64,000 nt of DNA, taken from Actinomycetota bacterium. GTDB taxonomy: Bacteria; Actinomycetota; UBA4738; JBBDHU01. Location of the stretch: contig JBBDHU010000001.1 in the NCBI GenBank assembly GCA_040880705.1, positions 315,573 to 379,572 on the forward strand, read 5' to 3'. Below are positions 26,333 through 34,664 of this stretch, piece by piece. Each line of letters begins with the position of its first letter. Position 1 is the stretch's first letter. The notes beneath the pieces were generated by a model. That model had not been told where the DNA came from, did no database searches, and saw nothing but the letters and a program-made list of their open reading frames with translations. The position numbers were made by a program, and so were the translations under genes.

Positions 26333-26385
26333 GTACCCAAGCGCGAGCACCGGTGAAACCGTCAAATGAGAGGAGGAGGCGCGTC

Positions 26386-28137
26386 ATGAAGCTCAGCGGA
26401 GCACAATCGTTGATCAAGTCGCTCGAGGAGCAGGGAGTCGACGTCGTATTCGGCGTGCCCGGAGGAGCCATCCTTCCCGCTTACGATCCGATACTGGACT
26501 CCTCGGTTCGCCACATCCTCTGCCGGCACGAGCAAGGCGCCGGCCACGCCGCTTCCGGCTATGCGTGGGCGACCGGAAAGGCCGGCGTTTGCATGGCCAC
26601 CTCCGGCCCCGGTGGTTGCAACCTGGTGACCGCGCTTACCGACGCCAAGATGGACTCGGTCCCGATGGTCGCGATCACCGGCCAGGTCCCGACGCCGGTC
26701 GTGGGCAACGACGCGTTCCAGGAAGCCGACATCACCGGCATCACGATGCCCGTGACCAAGCACAACATGCTCGTGACCGAAGTCGACGCCATTCCGAGCG
26801 CCATCAAGGAGGCGTTCTACATAGCCGAGACCGGCCGTCCCGGCCCGGTTCTCGTCGACATTCCGAAGGACGTTTTGCAGATGGAGGCCGAATTCCACTG
26901 GCCCGACTCCGTTGATCTGCCCGGCTACAAGCCGGTGACGAAGGGCAATCCCCGTCAGGTGAGGGAAGCCGTGAAGCTCATCTTGCAATCGGAGCGCCCG
27001 GTCCTTTACGTGGGCGGCGGGATCATCAAGTCCGACGGCTCGGAGGAGCTCTTCCGCCTGGCCACAGAGGGCCGGCTGCCCGTCGTCACTACGTTGATGG
27101 CCCGCGGCGCGTTCCCCGACTCGCACGAGTTGTGCGCCGGCATGCCCGGAATGCACGGCGGCTACACCGGCGTGACTTCCATGCAGAAAGCGGATCTACT
27201 GGTTTCGCTCGGCGCGCGCTTCGACGACCGGGTGACCGGCAAGCTCACCGAGTTCGCTCCCAACGCGAAGATCATCCACGTCGATGTCGATCCCGCCGAG
27301 ATCGGAAAGAACCGCAAGGCAGACGTCCCGATCGTCGGCGACGCGAAGATCGTCACCGGACAACTGGCCGACGAGCTTGCGAAGCAGCAGGCCGAGGCAG
27401 GCGGTCCGCCGGACCGTTCGCAGTGGCTCAATCTGCTCCAAGAGTGGAAGACGAAGTTCCCGTACACCTACGACCAGCCGGAGGACGGCCCGATCAAGCC
27501 GCAGTTCGTTACCGAGAAGCTGTACGAGGCGACGAAGGGCGACGGGATACTGGTCGCCGGCGTCGGCCAGCACCAGATGTGGGCGTCTCAGTACTGGAAG
27601 TTCGAGCGCCCGCGAACCTGGATCAACTCCGGCGGGCTGGGGACGATGGGTTATGCGGTTCCGGCCGCGATGGGCGCCAAGGTCGCGCGTCCCGATGAGC
27701 TGGTGGTGGCCATCGACGGCGACGGCTGCTTCCAGATGACCAACCAGGAACTGGCCACGATGACCACGGAGAACATCCCGGTGGTCATCGCGATCATGAA
27801 CAACGCCTACCTCGGGATGGTTCGCCAGTGGCAGGAGCTGTTCTACAACGAGCGCTATTCCCAGGTTTATCTGACCCACGACGTGCCCGACTACGTGCAG
27901 CTGGCCGAGGCATACGGATGCGTCGGCCTCAGAGCGGAAGCCCCCGAGGAGGTCGAGCCCGTGATCGACAAAGCGCTGTCCGTCGGCGACCGCACTGTCG
28001 TCATCGACTTCCGCTGTGACCAGGTGGAGATGGTCTTCCCGATGGTTCCGGCGGGAGCTTCGAACGACGACATCATCCTTGGCCCGGGCCAGGAAGCTCC
28101 CGAACCCGAGGATCCGAAGGCGGCTCCGCTCGCATGA
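26386..28137 (+). CDS. ilvB: Acetolactate synthase large (catalytic) subunit
   Basis: TPP enzyme signatures ([36 protein letters not shown]). Strong RBS GAGAGGAGGAGG. Start [19 protein letters not shown]. Confidence 0.9.
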   Translation: MKLSGAQSLIKSLEEQGVDVVFGVPGGAILPAYDPILDSSVRHILCRHEQGAGHAASGYAWATGKAGVCMATSGPGGCNLVTALTDAKMDSVPMVAITGQVPTPVVGNDAFQEADITGITMPVTKHNMLVTEVDAIPSAIKEAFYIAETGRPGPVLVDIPKDVLQMEAEFHWPDSVDLPGYKPVTKGNPRQVREAVKLILQSERPVLYVGGGIIKSDGSEELFRLATEGRLPVVTTLMARGAFPDSHELCAGMPGMHGGYTGVTSMQKADLLVSLGARFDDRVTGKLTEFAPNAKIIHVDVDPAEIGKNRKADVPIVGDAKIVTGQLADELAKQQAEAGGPPDRSQWLNLLQEWKTKFPYTYDQPEDGPIKPQFVTEKLYEATKGDGILVAGVGQHQMWASQYWKFERPRTWINSGGLGTMGYAVPAAMGAKVARPDELVVAIDGDGCFQMTNQELATMTTENIPVVIAIMNNAYLGMVRQWQELFYNERYSQVYLTHDVPDYVQLAEAYGCVGLRAEAPEEVEPVIDKALSVGDRTVVIDFRCDQVEMVFPMVPAGASNDDIILGPGQEAPEPEDPKAAPLA

Positions 28138-28655
28138 GCCTTCACACGTTGTCCGTTCTCGTCGAGAACAGGCCCGGCGTGCTCGCGCGCGTGGCCGGGC
28201 TGTTCGCCGCGCGCGGGTTCAACATCCATTCGCTCGCCGTCGGCACGACCGAAACGCCCGACCTGTCGAGGATGACTATCGTCGTTGACGTGAAGACGAA
28301 GCCGCTCGAGCAGGTGGTCAAGCAGCTCAACAAGCTGATCAACGTGATCAAGGTGCTCGAGCTGGCCGCCGGCGAAGCGGTGGAGCGCGAACTCTCGATG
28401 ATCAAGGTGCGAACCGAAGGCGACGATCGCGCTCGCGTGATCGAGATCGTCGACATCTTCCGCGGGAGGATCGTCGGCGTGACGCATTCGACGATCACCG
28501 TCGAAGCGACCGGCACGCCGGAGAAGGTCGAGGCGCTGCTCGAACTCCTTTCGTCGTTCGGCGTCGTGGAGCTCGCGCGAACCGGGCGCGTCGCGCTTTC
28601 GCGGGAGGAGCGGGGGATCAACGAACGGGTGCTCAAAGCGGCACCGGACGACTGA
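28134..28655 (+). CDS. ilvN: Acetolactate synthase small (regulatory, ACT-domain) subunit
   Basis: [41 protein letters not shown] overlap with the ilvB stop. Confidence 0.9.
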   Translation: MSLHTLSVLVENRPGVLARVAGLFAARGFNIHSLAVGTTETPDLSRMTIVVDVKTKPLEQVVKQLNKLINVIKVLELAAGEAVERELSMIKVRTEGDDRARVIEIVDIFRGRIVGVTHSTITVEATGTPEKVEALLELLSSFGVVELARTGRVALSREERGINERVLKAAPDD

Positions 28656-28669
28656 GAGGGGAGTTCGGG

Positions 28670-29680
28670 ATGGCGACGATCTACTACGACAAGGATGTGG
28701 ACGGCTCGGCGCTGGACGGACAGAAGATCGCGGTGCTCGGTTACGGAAGCCAGGGGCACGCGCACGCCCTGAACCTTCAGGATTCCGGGCACGACGTCCG
28801 GGTCGGGCTCCGAAAGGACTCGAAGTCTTGGCCCGTCGCGGAAAAGGACGGGGTGAAGGTCCTCGAGACGCCGGATGCGGTGGCCGAGGCCGACGTCACC
28901 ATGGTTCTGCTTCCCGACACAGCGCAGTCCGCCGCTTACGACCGCGACATCGCGCCCAACCTTCAGGGCGGCAACATGCTGATGTTCGCGCACGGCTTCA
29001 ACATCCATTTCGAACAAGTGAAGCCGCCGGCGGAAATCGACGTCACGATGATCGCGCCGAAGGGACCCGGTCACTTGGTTCGCCGAACTTACACCGAGGG
29101 AATCGGCACGCCGGCTTTGCTTGCGGTGCACCAGGATTCGACTGGAAGCGGGAAGACGCGTGCCCTTGCGTACGCGCAGGGCATCGGCGCGACGCGGGCC
29201 GGCTTGATCGAGACGACTTTCAAGGAGGAGACCGAGACGGATCTCTTCGGCGAACAGTCTGTGCTTTGCGGAGGGCTTTCCTCACTGGTGCAGGCCGGGT
29301 TCGAAACGCTCGTCGCGGCCGGGTACCAGCCTGAGGTCGCGTACTTCGAGTGCCTTCACGAGGTGAAGCTGATCGTCGACCTGTTCTACGAGGGCGGGTT
29401 GAGCTACATGCGCTACTCGGTCTCGGACACCGCGGAGTACGGTGACTACACGCGCGGCCCGCGCGTCATCAACGACGAGACGCGTGCCGAGATGCGCCGG
29501 ATCCTCGACGAGATCCAGTCCGGTGAGTTCGCGAAGGAATGGGTCGGCGAGGCCAAGGACGGCTTCCCGCGCTTCCTGAAGATGCGTGCGGAGGCTCGGG
29601 AGACCCAGATCGAGGACGTGGGGGCGAAGCTGCGGGACATGATGCCTTGGCTCGGCGCGAAGAAGGCTCCGGACGCATAG
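28670..29680 (+). CDS. ilvC: Ketol-acid reductoisomerase
   Basis: [21 protein letters not shown], and conserved FAHGFNIHF and EQSVLCGG motifs. Confidence 0.9.
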   Translation: MATIYYDKDVDGSALDGQKIAVLGYGSQGHAHALNLQDSGHDVRVGLRKDSKSWPVAEKDGVKVLETPDAVAEADVTMVLLPDTAQSAAYDRDIAPNLQGGNMLMFAHGFNIHFEQVKPPAEIDVTMIAPKGPGHLVRRTYTEGIGTPALLAVHQDSTGSGKTRALAYAQGIGATRAGLIETTFKEETETDLFGEQSVLCGGLSSLVQAGFETLVAAGYQPEVAYFECLHEVKLIVDLFYEGGLSYMRYSVSDTAEYGDYTRGPRVINDETRAEMRRILDEIQSGEFAKEWVGEAKDGFPRFLKMRAEARETQIEDVGAKLRDMMPWLGAKKAPDA

Positions 29681-29703
29681 GCCTCGTAGGTTCCGTCGAG
29701 GCC
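29680..29703. terminator. GC-rich hairpin between convergent ilvC and the ATPase gene (possible bidirectional terminator, no T-run)
   Basis: GGCCTCG (29680-29686) pairs with CGAGGCC (29697-29703) around a 10-nt loop. Confidence 0.3.
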
Positions 29704-29722
29704 CTCCCGCGTGCCCCCGCCG

Positions 29723-30859
29723 TTACGTGAGGGACTGCACAACTCCGGTTAGGTCTGTGTAGCGAACTCTTGCCTTGCCGGCCAGGCCGCGATCAAAGGA
29801 GGGCTCGACTACGGGAGCGACGACGAAGCTCGCTCCCTCCCGGTAGGCCCGTCGGAAGGCATTCAGCCCGCCAAGCGACTCGCGCCCGTCGACGCGCCAT
29901 TTGCACTCGATCGCGATCGGCGGGCGGCCGCGCCGGTCGAGGACGAAGTCGACCTCGGCTCCTTTGGTTGTGCGCCAGTACTGGATCTTCCCGACGCCGG
30001 GCGTGGACTGCAGCTCGTTCAGGACGTAGTGCTCCCACAGGACGCCCGCGTCATCGGGACGCGAGGCCGTCCAGCCGTTCAGCACGCAAACGAAGCCGGT
30101 GTCGAACCCGTAGACCTTTGGGGCGCGAGTGAGTTCGTTCGACCGGTTGCGCGAGTACGGCGTGATCACGTGCGCGACTTTCGTGAGTTCCAGTACGGAC
30201 AGGTAGTTGGACACCGTTGGGCGGCTAGCCTCGATCGGACCGGCGAACGCGGTTGCCTCGAAGATCCCGCCGCTGCGCGCGAGGACCATCTCCACCAGAC
30301 GCTGGAACGAGCTGCGACGTTCCAGGCGAAAGAGTTCCTGGATGTCGCGGGACCAGTACGCGTCCAGCCATTCCTGGACGTCGGACTCGGGCAGGCCTGC
30401 GAGATAGGAGGCGGGGAGCCCTCCTCGCTCAAGACGCTGCTCCAACGAGCCGCCCGCCGCTGCGCGGTCGGCCTCGTTCATGGGCGTGAGCCACAGCTCC
30501 TCCTTTCGCCCGGCGAGGGAGTCCCGGAACCGGTCGGCCGCTTGGAGCGTCGATGAGCCCGTGGCCACTATGTGGGTGTCGGGGAAGTGGTCTGTCGCGA
30601 TCTTCAGCAACTCGGCCGGATCCGGGAGGCGGTGCACTTCGTCGAGCGCCAGCCGCTGGCCTCGGGTCGCGGCCAGGAACGACTCCGGATCGGCGAGAGC
30701 GCGCCGGACGCTGGGAAGTTCGCAGTCCAAATAGCGCACGTCCGGGAGGGACTTCACCAGTACCGTCTTGCCTGCTCGCCGGACTCCGGTGAGCCAGACG
30801 AGCGATCGGCGCTCCCAGGCATGCTCGATGCTATCGGCCCAGTGCTCCCTGCGGAACAT
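29723..30859 (-). CDS. AAA+ ATP-binding protein of the PF13173/DUF4143 family
   Basis: Walker A GVRRAGKT. Walker B-like hydrophobic stretch plus DE. C-terminal DUF4143-like region. 378 aa. Opposite strand to the flanking ilv/leu genes. Confidence 0.75.
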   Translation of the reverse strand: MFRREHWADSIEHAWERRSLVWLTGVRRAGKTVLVKSLPDVRYLDCELPSVRRALADPESFLAATRGQRLALDEVHRLPDPAELLKIATDHFPDTHIVATGSSTLQAADRFRDSLAGRKEELWLTPMNEADRAAAGGSLEQRLERGGLPASYLAGLPESDVQEWLDAYWSRDIQELFRLERRSSFQRLVEMVLARSGGIFEATAFAGPIEASRPTVSNYLSVLELTKVAHVITPYSRNRSNELTRAPKVYGFDTGFVCVLNGWTASRPDDAGVLWEHYVLNELQSTPGVGKIQYWRTTKGAEVDFVLDRRGRPPIAIECKWRVDGRESLGGLNAFRRAYREGASFVVAPVVEPSFDRGLAGKARVRYTDLTGVVQSLT

Positions 30860-30868
30860 GCAGGTAGT

Positions 30869-30914
30869 CTTGCATATTCTGCCCGGAATTGCAATCTGAG
30901 TTGCATATTATGCC
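30869..30914. repeat. AT-rich direct repeats CTTGCATATTCTGCC / GTTGCATATTATGCC flanking ATTGCAATCT, immediately upstream of the ATPase gene
   Basis: Two 14/15-nt near-identical direct repeats plus a related TTGCAAT core in a locally AT-rich patch. Confidence 0.3.
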
Positions 30915-31386
30915 AGGCCTTGCGGGCGGGCTTGGGGCTGATTAGCTTTGCCCGCGTGAGACTCCGTACGGTGGTCCGAAAAGTTGGACTGATGAGCAGG
31001 CCGGCGCTCTCGGTCCGGCTCGCCCCGGATTCGACTTGGGCCATTCGCTGGTGGCGTCGGCCACGAGCGGGGCGGTCGCAGCAACGCTCCTATTCATCGT
31101 CGTGTTGCGCGCGCGAGGGCTTGTGCGCACCGGCCCGGCCGTAGTCGCCGGCCTTTTCACACTCTTGCCCCTGCTCGCCCCGGGAATCGGTCCCCTCGCC
31201 GTCGCCGGGCTGCTCATCCTCGCCGTGGACGTGTGCATCCCGCGACCGCCTCTCCTGAGGCCGCCCCGGTCGGGAAGTGAGCGTGAGCGGCGGTACGGCG
31301 CTCCCTTAGTGACCTCGGAACGGTTTGCGGATACCCTGAGCGGCGGGTGGTTCCCGCCCGACCGACGAGCTTGGGGAGGGGAGCGG

Positions 31387-31881
31387 ATGTCCATCCCGCA
31401 GGAAGGGTATGCCCTCGGTCCGGACGACGGGGAGGCATTGTGGTTCAACGGTGGACTAGCCGTGCTGAAGGCGACGGCGGAGAGCACCGGTGGCCGCTTC
31501 GCGGCTGTGGACTTTCGCGTGCCGAAAGACTTCGCGTCACCCCTGCACATCCACCGCGCCGAGGACGAGTTCTTCGTCGTGCTCTCGGGCGAGGTGCGGG
31601 TGCGTCACGGCGACGAGGTCATCGAGGCGGAGGCCGGCTCCATCGTCTACGGCCCTCGCGATGTTCCGCACGGGTTCCGGGTCGACTCACCGGAGGCCCG
31701 CCTGCTGTTGTTCTTCGGTCCCTCCGGGGTCGAGGGGTTCTTCCGGGACGGCGGGAAGCCGGCCGGAGGCGTTCACCTGCCCCCGCCCGACGAACAGTTC
31801 GTGGACAAGGAGGTGCTCACGGAGATCGCCACGGGGTTCCAACAGGAGTTCATAGGACCACCCCTCCCCCCGAAGGAGTGA
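31387..31881 (+). CDS. Cupin-domain protein (cupin_2 / quercetin-dioxygenase-like)
   Basis: Start MSIPQEG after GGGAGGGGAG. Cupin motifs PLHIHRAEDEFFVVLSGEV and VYGPRDVPHGF. The tracked ORF (31036..) adds a 117-aa hydrophobic N-terminal extension that may or may not be real. Confidence 0.6.
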   Translation: MSIPQEGYALGPDDGEALWFNGGLAVLKATAESTGGRFAAVDFRVPKDFASPLHIHRAEDEFFVVLSGEVRVRHGDEVIEAEAGSIVYGPRDVPHGFRVDSPEARLLLFFGPSGVEGFFRDGGKPAGGVHLPPPDEQFVDKEVLTEIATGFQQEFIGPPLPPKE

Positions 31882-31888
31882 AACCGGG

Positions 31889-31916
31889 TTGACACATCGC
31901 CTGACCTGCGTAAACT
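31889..31916 (+). promoter_or_regulatory. Putative sigma70-type promoter of the leuA leader (TTGACA, 16-nt spacer, TAAACT)
   Basis: TTGACA 31889-31894, 16-nt spacer, TAAACT 31911-31916. Leader ATG follows 10 nt after the -10 box. Confidence 0.45.
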
Positions 31917-31926
31917 GACTTTTACC

Positions 31927-31980
31927 ATGCAGACCAAGGGCGACCAGACGCACGCGCACGGCCTGCTGCTTATCCGATAG
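31927..31980 (+). CDS. Putative leuA leader peptide MQTKGDQTHAHGLLLIR (three consecutive Leu codons then Ile)
   Basis: 17-codon ORF between the promoter and a terminator hairpin upstream of leuA. The control codons are Leu-rich. Confidence 0.5.
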   Translation: MQTKGDQTHAHGLLLIR

Positions 31981-32011
31981 GCGCACGCGGGCCTTGCCCT
32001 GCGCGCGCCGA

Positions 32012-32034
32012 CCCCTCCACGCGAGGGGTTTTTT
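32012..32034 (+). terminator. Intrinsic terminator / attenuator hairpin upstream of leuA
   Basis: CCCCTC cacgc GAGGGG followed by TTTTTT, 20 nt before the leuA GTG start. Confidence 0.55.
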
Positions 32035-32055
32035 CATGTCCGGAGGTGACAAGAG

Positions 32056-33615
32056 GTGAGCGAGAACCAAGTGCGGTTCTTCGACACGACGCTGCGCGAC
32101 GGCGAACAGGCGCCGGGCATCGCGCTGACGCGTTCCGAGAAGGTCGAGATCGCGGAGCAGCTCGCGCGCCTCAACGTCGACATCATCGAGGCCGGCTTTG
32201 CCATATCGGGCGAGGGCGAGTTCGAGGCCATCCGCGAGATCGCGTCAAGTGTGCGAGGCCCCGTGATTTGCTCGCTCGCCCGCGTGACGCCGGGCGACAT
32301 CGACCGCGCTGCGGAGGCGCTGAAGGGCGCCGAGCGCTGGCGGATCCACACCTTCATATCCACGAGCGACATACACATGCAGGACATGTTGCGAATGTCG
32401 AACAACCAGGTGCTGGATTCGATCCGCGACGGCGTCAAGCACGCTGTCTCCTACACCGACGACGTCGAGTTCTCGGCTCAGGACGCCACGCGAACCGAGC
32501 TGGACTTCTTGCTGGAGTGCTTCAAGGTCGCCGTGGACGCGGGCGCGACAACGATCAACGTTCCCGACACGGTCGGCTATGCGATGCCGCACGAGTTCGG
32601 CGAGCTCGTTCGAGTAGTTCGTGAACAGACTCCCGACAACGTGATCATCTCGACTCATTGCCACAACGATCTCGGCCTGGCCGTGGCAAACGCGCTGGCC
32701 GGCGTCGTGAACGGTGCACGGCAGGTGGAGGTCGCCGTCAATGGGATCGGCGAGCGGGCCGGGAACTGCTCTTTGGAAGAGGTCGCGATGATCGTTCGGA
32801 CGCGCGGCAAGACGCTCGGCGTACGCCACAACCTCAAAACCAAGGAGATCATGCGAACCTCACGTCTTGTATCGATGACCACCGGCTACACGGTGCAGCA
32901 GAACAAGGCCGTGGTCGGCTCGTCGGCGTTCGCGCACGAATCGGGAATCCATCAGCACGGCGTGCTCTCCAACCGCGCCACCTACGAGATCATGGATCCG
33001 CTCGAGATCGGGTTGGAAGGCAACCGCATCGTTCTGGGCAAGCACTCGGGGCGCCACGCGTTCGACGACGCGCTTCACAAGATGGGCTACGACCTGGACA
33101 AGGACTCCTTGAACCACGTGTTCGGGCGGTTCAAGGAGCTGGCCGATCGCAAGATCGAGCTGACCGACCAGGACCTCGAGGCGATCGTGTCCGAGGAGGC
33201 CGGGAAGCGAAAGCGGGTTGCGGCAGCCGACGAATGGGTCATCGAGGAACTCGAGTTCACCGGCGGAACGGACCTGTCTCCCAAGGCGAAGGTTCGAATG
33301 CGCCGCGGCGAAGAAGTGATCGAGGACTCCGCGAAGGGCAACGGGCCGATCGATGCCGTGTGCACGGCGGTTCAAAGGGCCACGGGGGTCTTCGCGAAGC
33401 TCATCACGTTCAACGTTGCGGCCATCACCGGGGGCACCGACGCTCTCGGCGACGTGGTGGTGCAAGTCGAGATCGACGGCCGGCGGGTGACCGGCCGCGG
33501 AGTCTCGGTGGACACTGTGGAGGCATCCGCGCTCGCCTACCTGGCCGCGATCAACCGCTCGATTCAGGTCGCGGCGGCGGAGGACGACACCTCCTCTGCG
33601 GAAAAGACGCCGTGA
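32056..33615 (+). CDS. leuA: 2-isopropylmalate synthase
   Basis: GTG start after GGAGG. FDTTLRDGEQAPG HMGL-like TIM-barrel signature. HCHNDLGLAVAN. C-terminal LeuA dimerisation/regulatory domain. Confidence 0.9.
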   Translation: MSENQVRFFDTTLRDGEQAPGIALTRSEKVEIAEQLARLNVDIIEAGFAISGEGEFEAIREIASSVRGPVICSLARVTPGDIDRAAEALKGAERWRIHTFISTSDIHMQDMLRMSNNQVLDSIRDGVKHAVSYTDDVEFSAQDATRTELDFLLECFKVAVDAGATTINVPDTVGYAMPHEFGELVRVVREQTPDNVIISTHCHNDLGLAVANALAGVVNGARQVEVAVNGIGERAGNCSLEEVAMIVRTRGKTLGVRHNLKTKEIMRTSRLVSMTTGYTVQQNKAVVGSSAFAHESGIHQHGVLSNRATYEIMDPLEIGLEGNRIVLGKHSGRHAFDDALHKMGYDLDKDSLNHVFGRFKELADRKIELTDQDLEAIVSEEAGKRKRVAAADEWVIEELEFTGGTDLSPKAKVRMRRGEEVIEDSAKGNGPIDAVCTAVQRATGVFAKLITFNVAAITGGTDALGDVVVQVEIDGRRVTGRGVSVDTVEASALAYLAAINRSIQVAAAEDDTSSAEKTP

Positions 33616-34664
33616 ATTCCTATCGCATCGCCGTCATCCCCGGCGACGGCACCGGCCCGGAAGTCATCCGCGAGGGCTGCAAGGTTCTAGACGCCGTCTC
33701 GGGCGGTTCCAAGCTGGATTGGGTGGACTACGACCTCTCGGGTGAGCGTTACCTTCGCGACGGTACCGTCCTCCCCGACGAGACGCTCCAGGAACTTCGG
33801 GCGATGGATGCGATCTATCTGGGCGCGGTCGGACATCCCGACGTCCCGCCCGGCGTGATAGAGCGGGGACTGTTGCTGAGATTGCGCTTCGGGCTGGACC
33901 AGTACGTGAACCTTCGCCCGGTCGTTCGCTATCCGGGCGTGCAGACACTCATTCCGTCACACGGCGACGACGACGTCGACTTCGTCGTGGTGCGCGAGAA
34001 CACCGAGGGACTGTACGTCGGCGCCGGCGGATTGTTCCGCAAGGGCGCGCCGCAGGAAACGGCAATCCAGGCCAGCGTGAACAGCCGGTTCGGCGTCGAG
34101 CGAATCATTCGCTACGCGTTCGAATACTCGAAGCGCCCCGACAGGCGCAAGCACGTCACGATGGTTCACAAGACCAACGTGTTGAACTTCGCCGGCGATC
34201 TCTGGTCGCGAGTGTTCGCGGAGGTCGCATTGGAATACCCGGACGTGGACACGGCTTACGTCCACGTCGACGCTGCGTGCATCTACTTCCTGGATTCTCC
34301 GCAACGATTCGACCTGATCGTCACGGACAACATGTTCGGCGACATCATCACCGACCTCGGAGCGATGATCCAGGGCGGCATGGGCGTAGCTGCGGGCGGC
34401 AACATCAATCCCGAGGGCGTCTCGATGTTCGAGCCGATCGGCGGAACGGCGCCGTCCGAGGTGGGGAAGGGCACTATCAACCCGATAGCGGCGATCGCCG
34501 CCGGGGGGATGATGCTCGACCAGCTCGGCGAAGCCGGCGCGGCGGCGCGGGTAGACCGCGGGGTGCGGTTCGCGGTATCGAAGATGGCCTCGATGGCTGC
34601 CGGCCAGATGGGCTACTCGACGAGCGAAGTAGGCGACCTGGTGGTGGAGGGGGCGTCGCGATGA
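33612..34664 (+). CDS. leuB: 3-isopropylmalate dehydrogenase
   Basis: GTG start overlapping the leuA stop (GTGA). IAVIPGDGTGPEV, NMFGDIITDLGA, GGTAPSEVGKG. The track shows a 318-aa spurious upstream extension. Confidence 0.9.
   Translation: MNSYRIAVIPGDGTGPEVIREGCKVLDAVSGGSKLDWVDYDLSGERYLRDGTVLPDETLQELRAMDAIYLGAVGHPDVPPGVIERGLLLRLRFGLDQYVNLRPVVRYPGVQTLIPSHGDDDVDFVVVRENTEGLYVGAGGLFRKGAPQETAIQASVNSRFGVERIIRYAFEYSKRPDRRKHVTMVHKTNVLNFAGDLWSRVFAEVALEYPDVDTAYVHVDAACIYFLDSPQRFDLIVTDNMFGDIITDLGAMIQGGMGVAAGGNINPEGVSMFEPIGGTAPSEVGKGTINPIAAIAAGGMMLDQLGEAGAAARVDRGVRFAVSKMASMAAGQMGYSTSEVGDLVVEGASR

Noticed and set aside
26178-26369. 63-aa plus-strand ORF in the ilvB leader region
   Set aside because: It begins at the TTGACC -35 box and reads through the terminator hairpin and T-run. 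It is better explained as non-coding attenuator RNA plus the short 19-codon leader peptide.
32658-34664. 668-aa ORF including leuB
   Set aside because: The N-terminal 318 aa is an alternative frame across leuA. Real leuB starts at GTG 33612.
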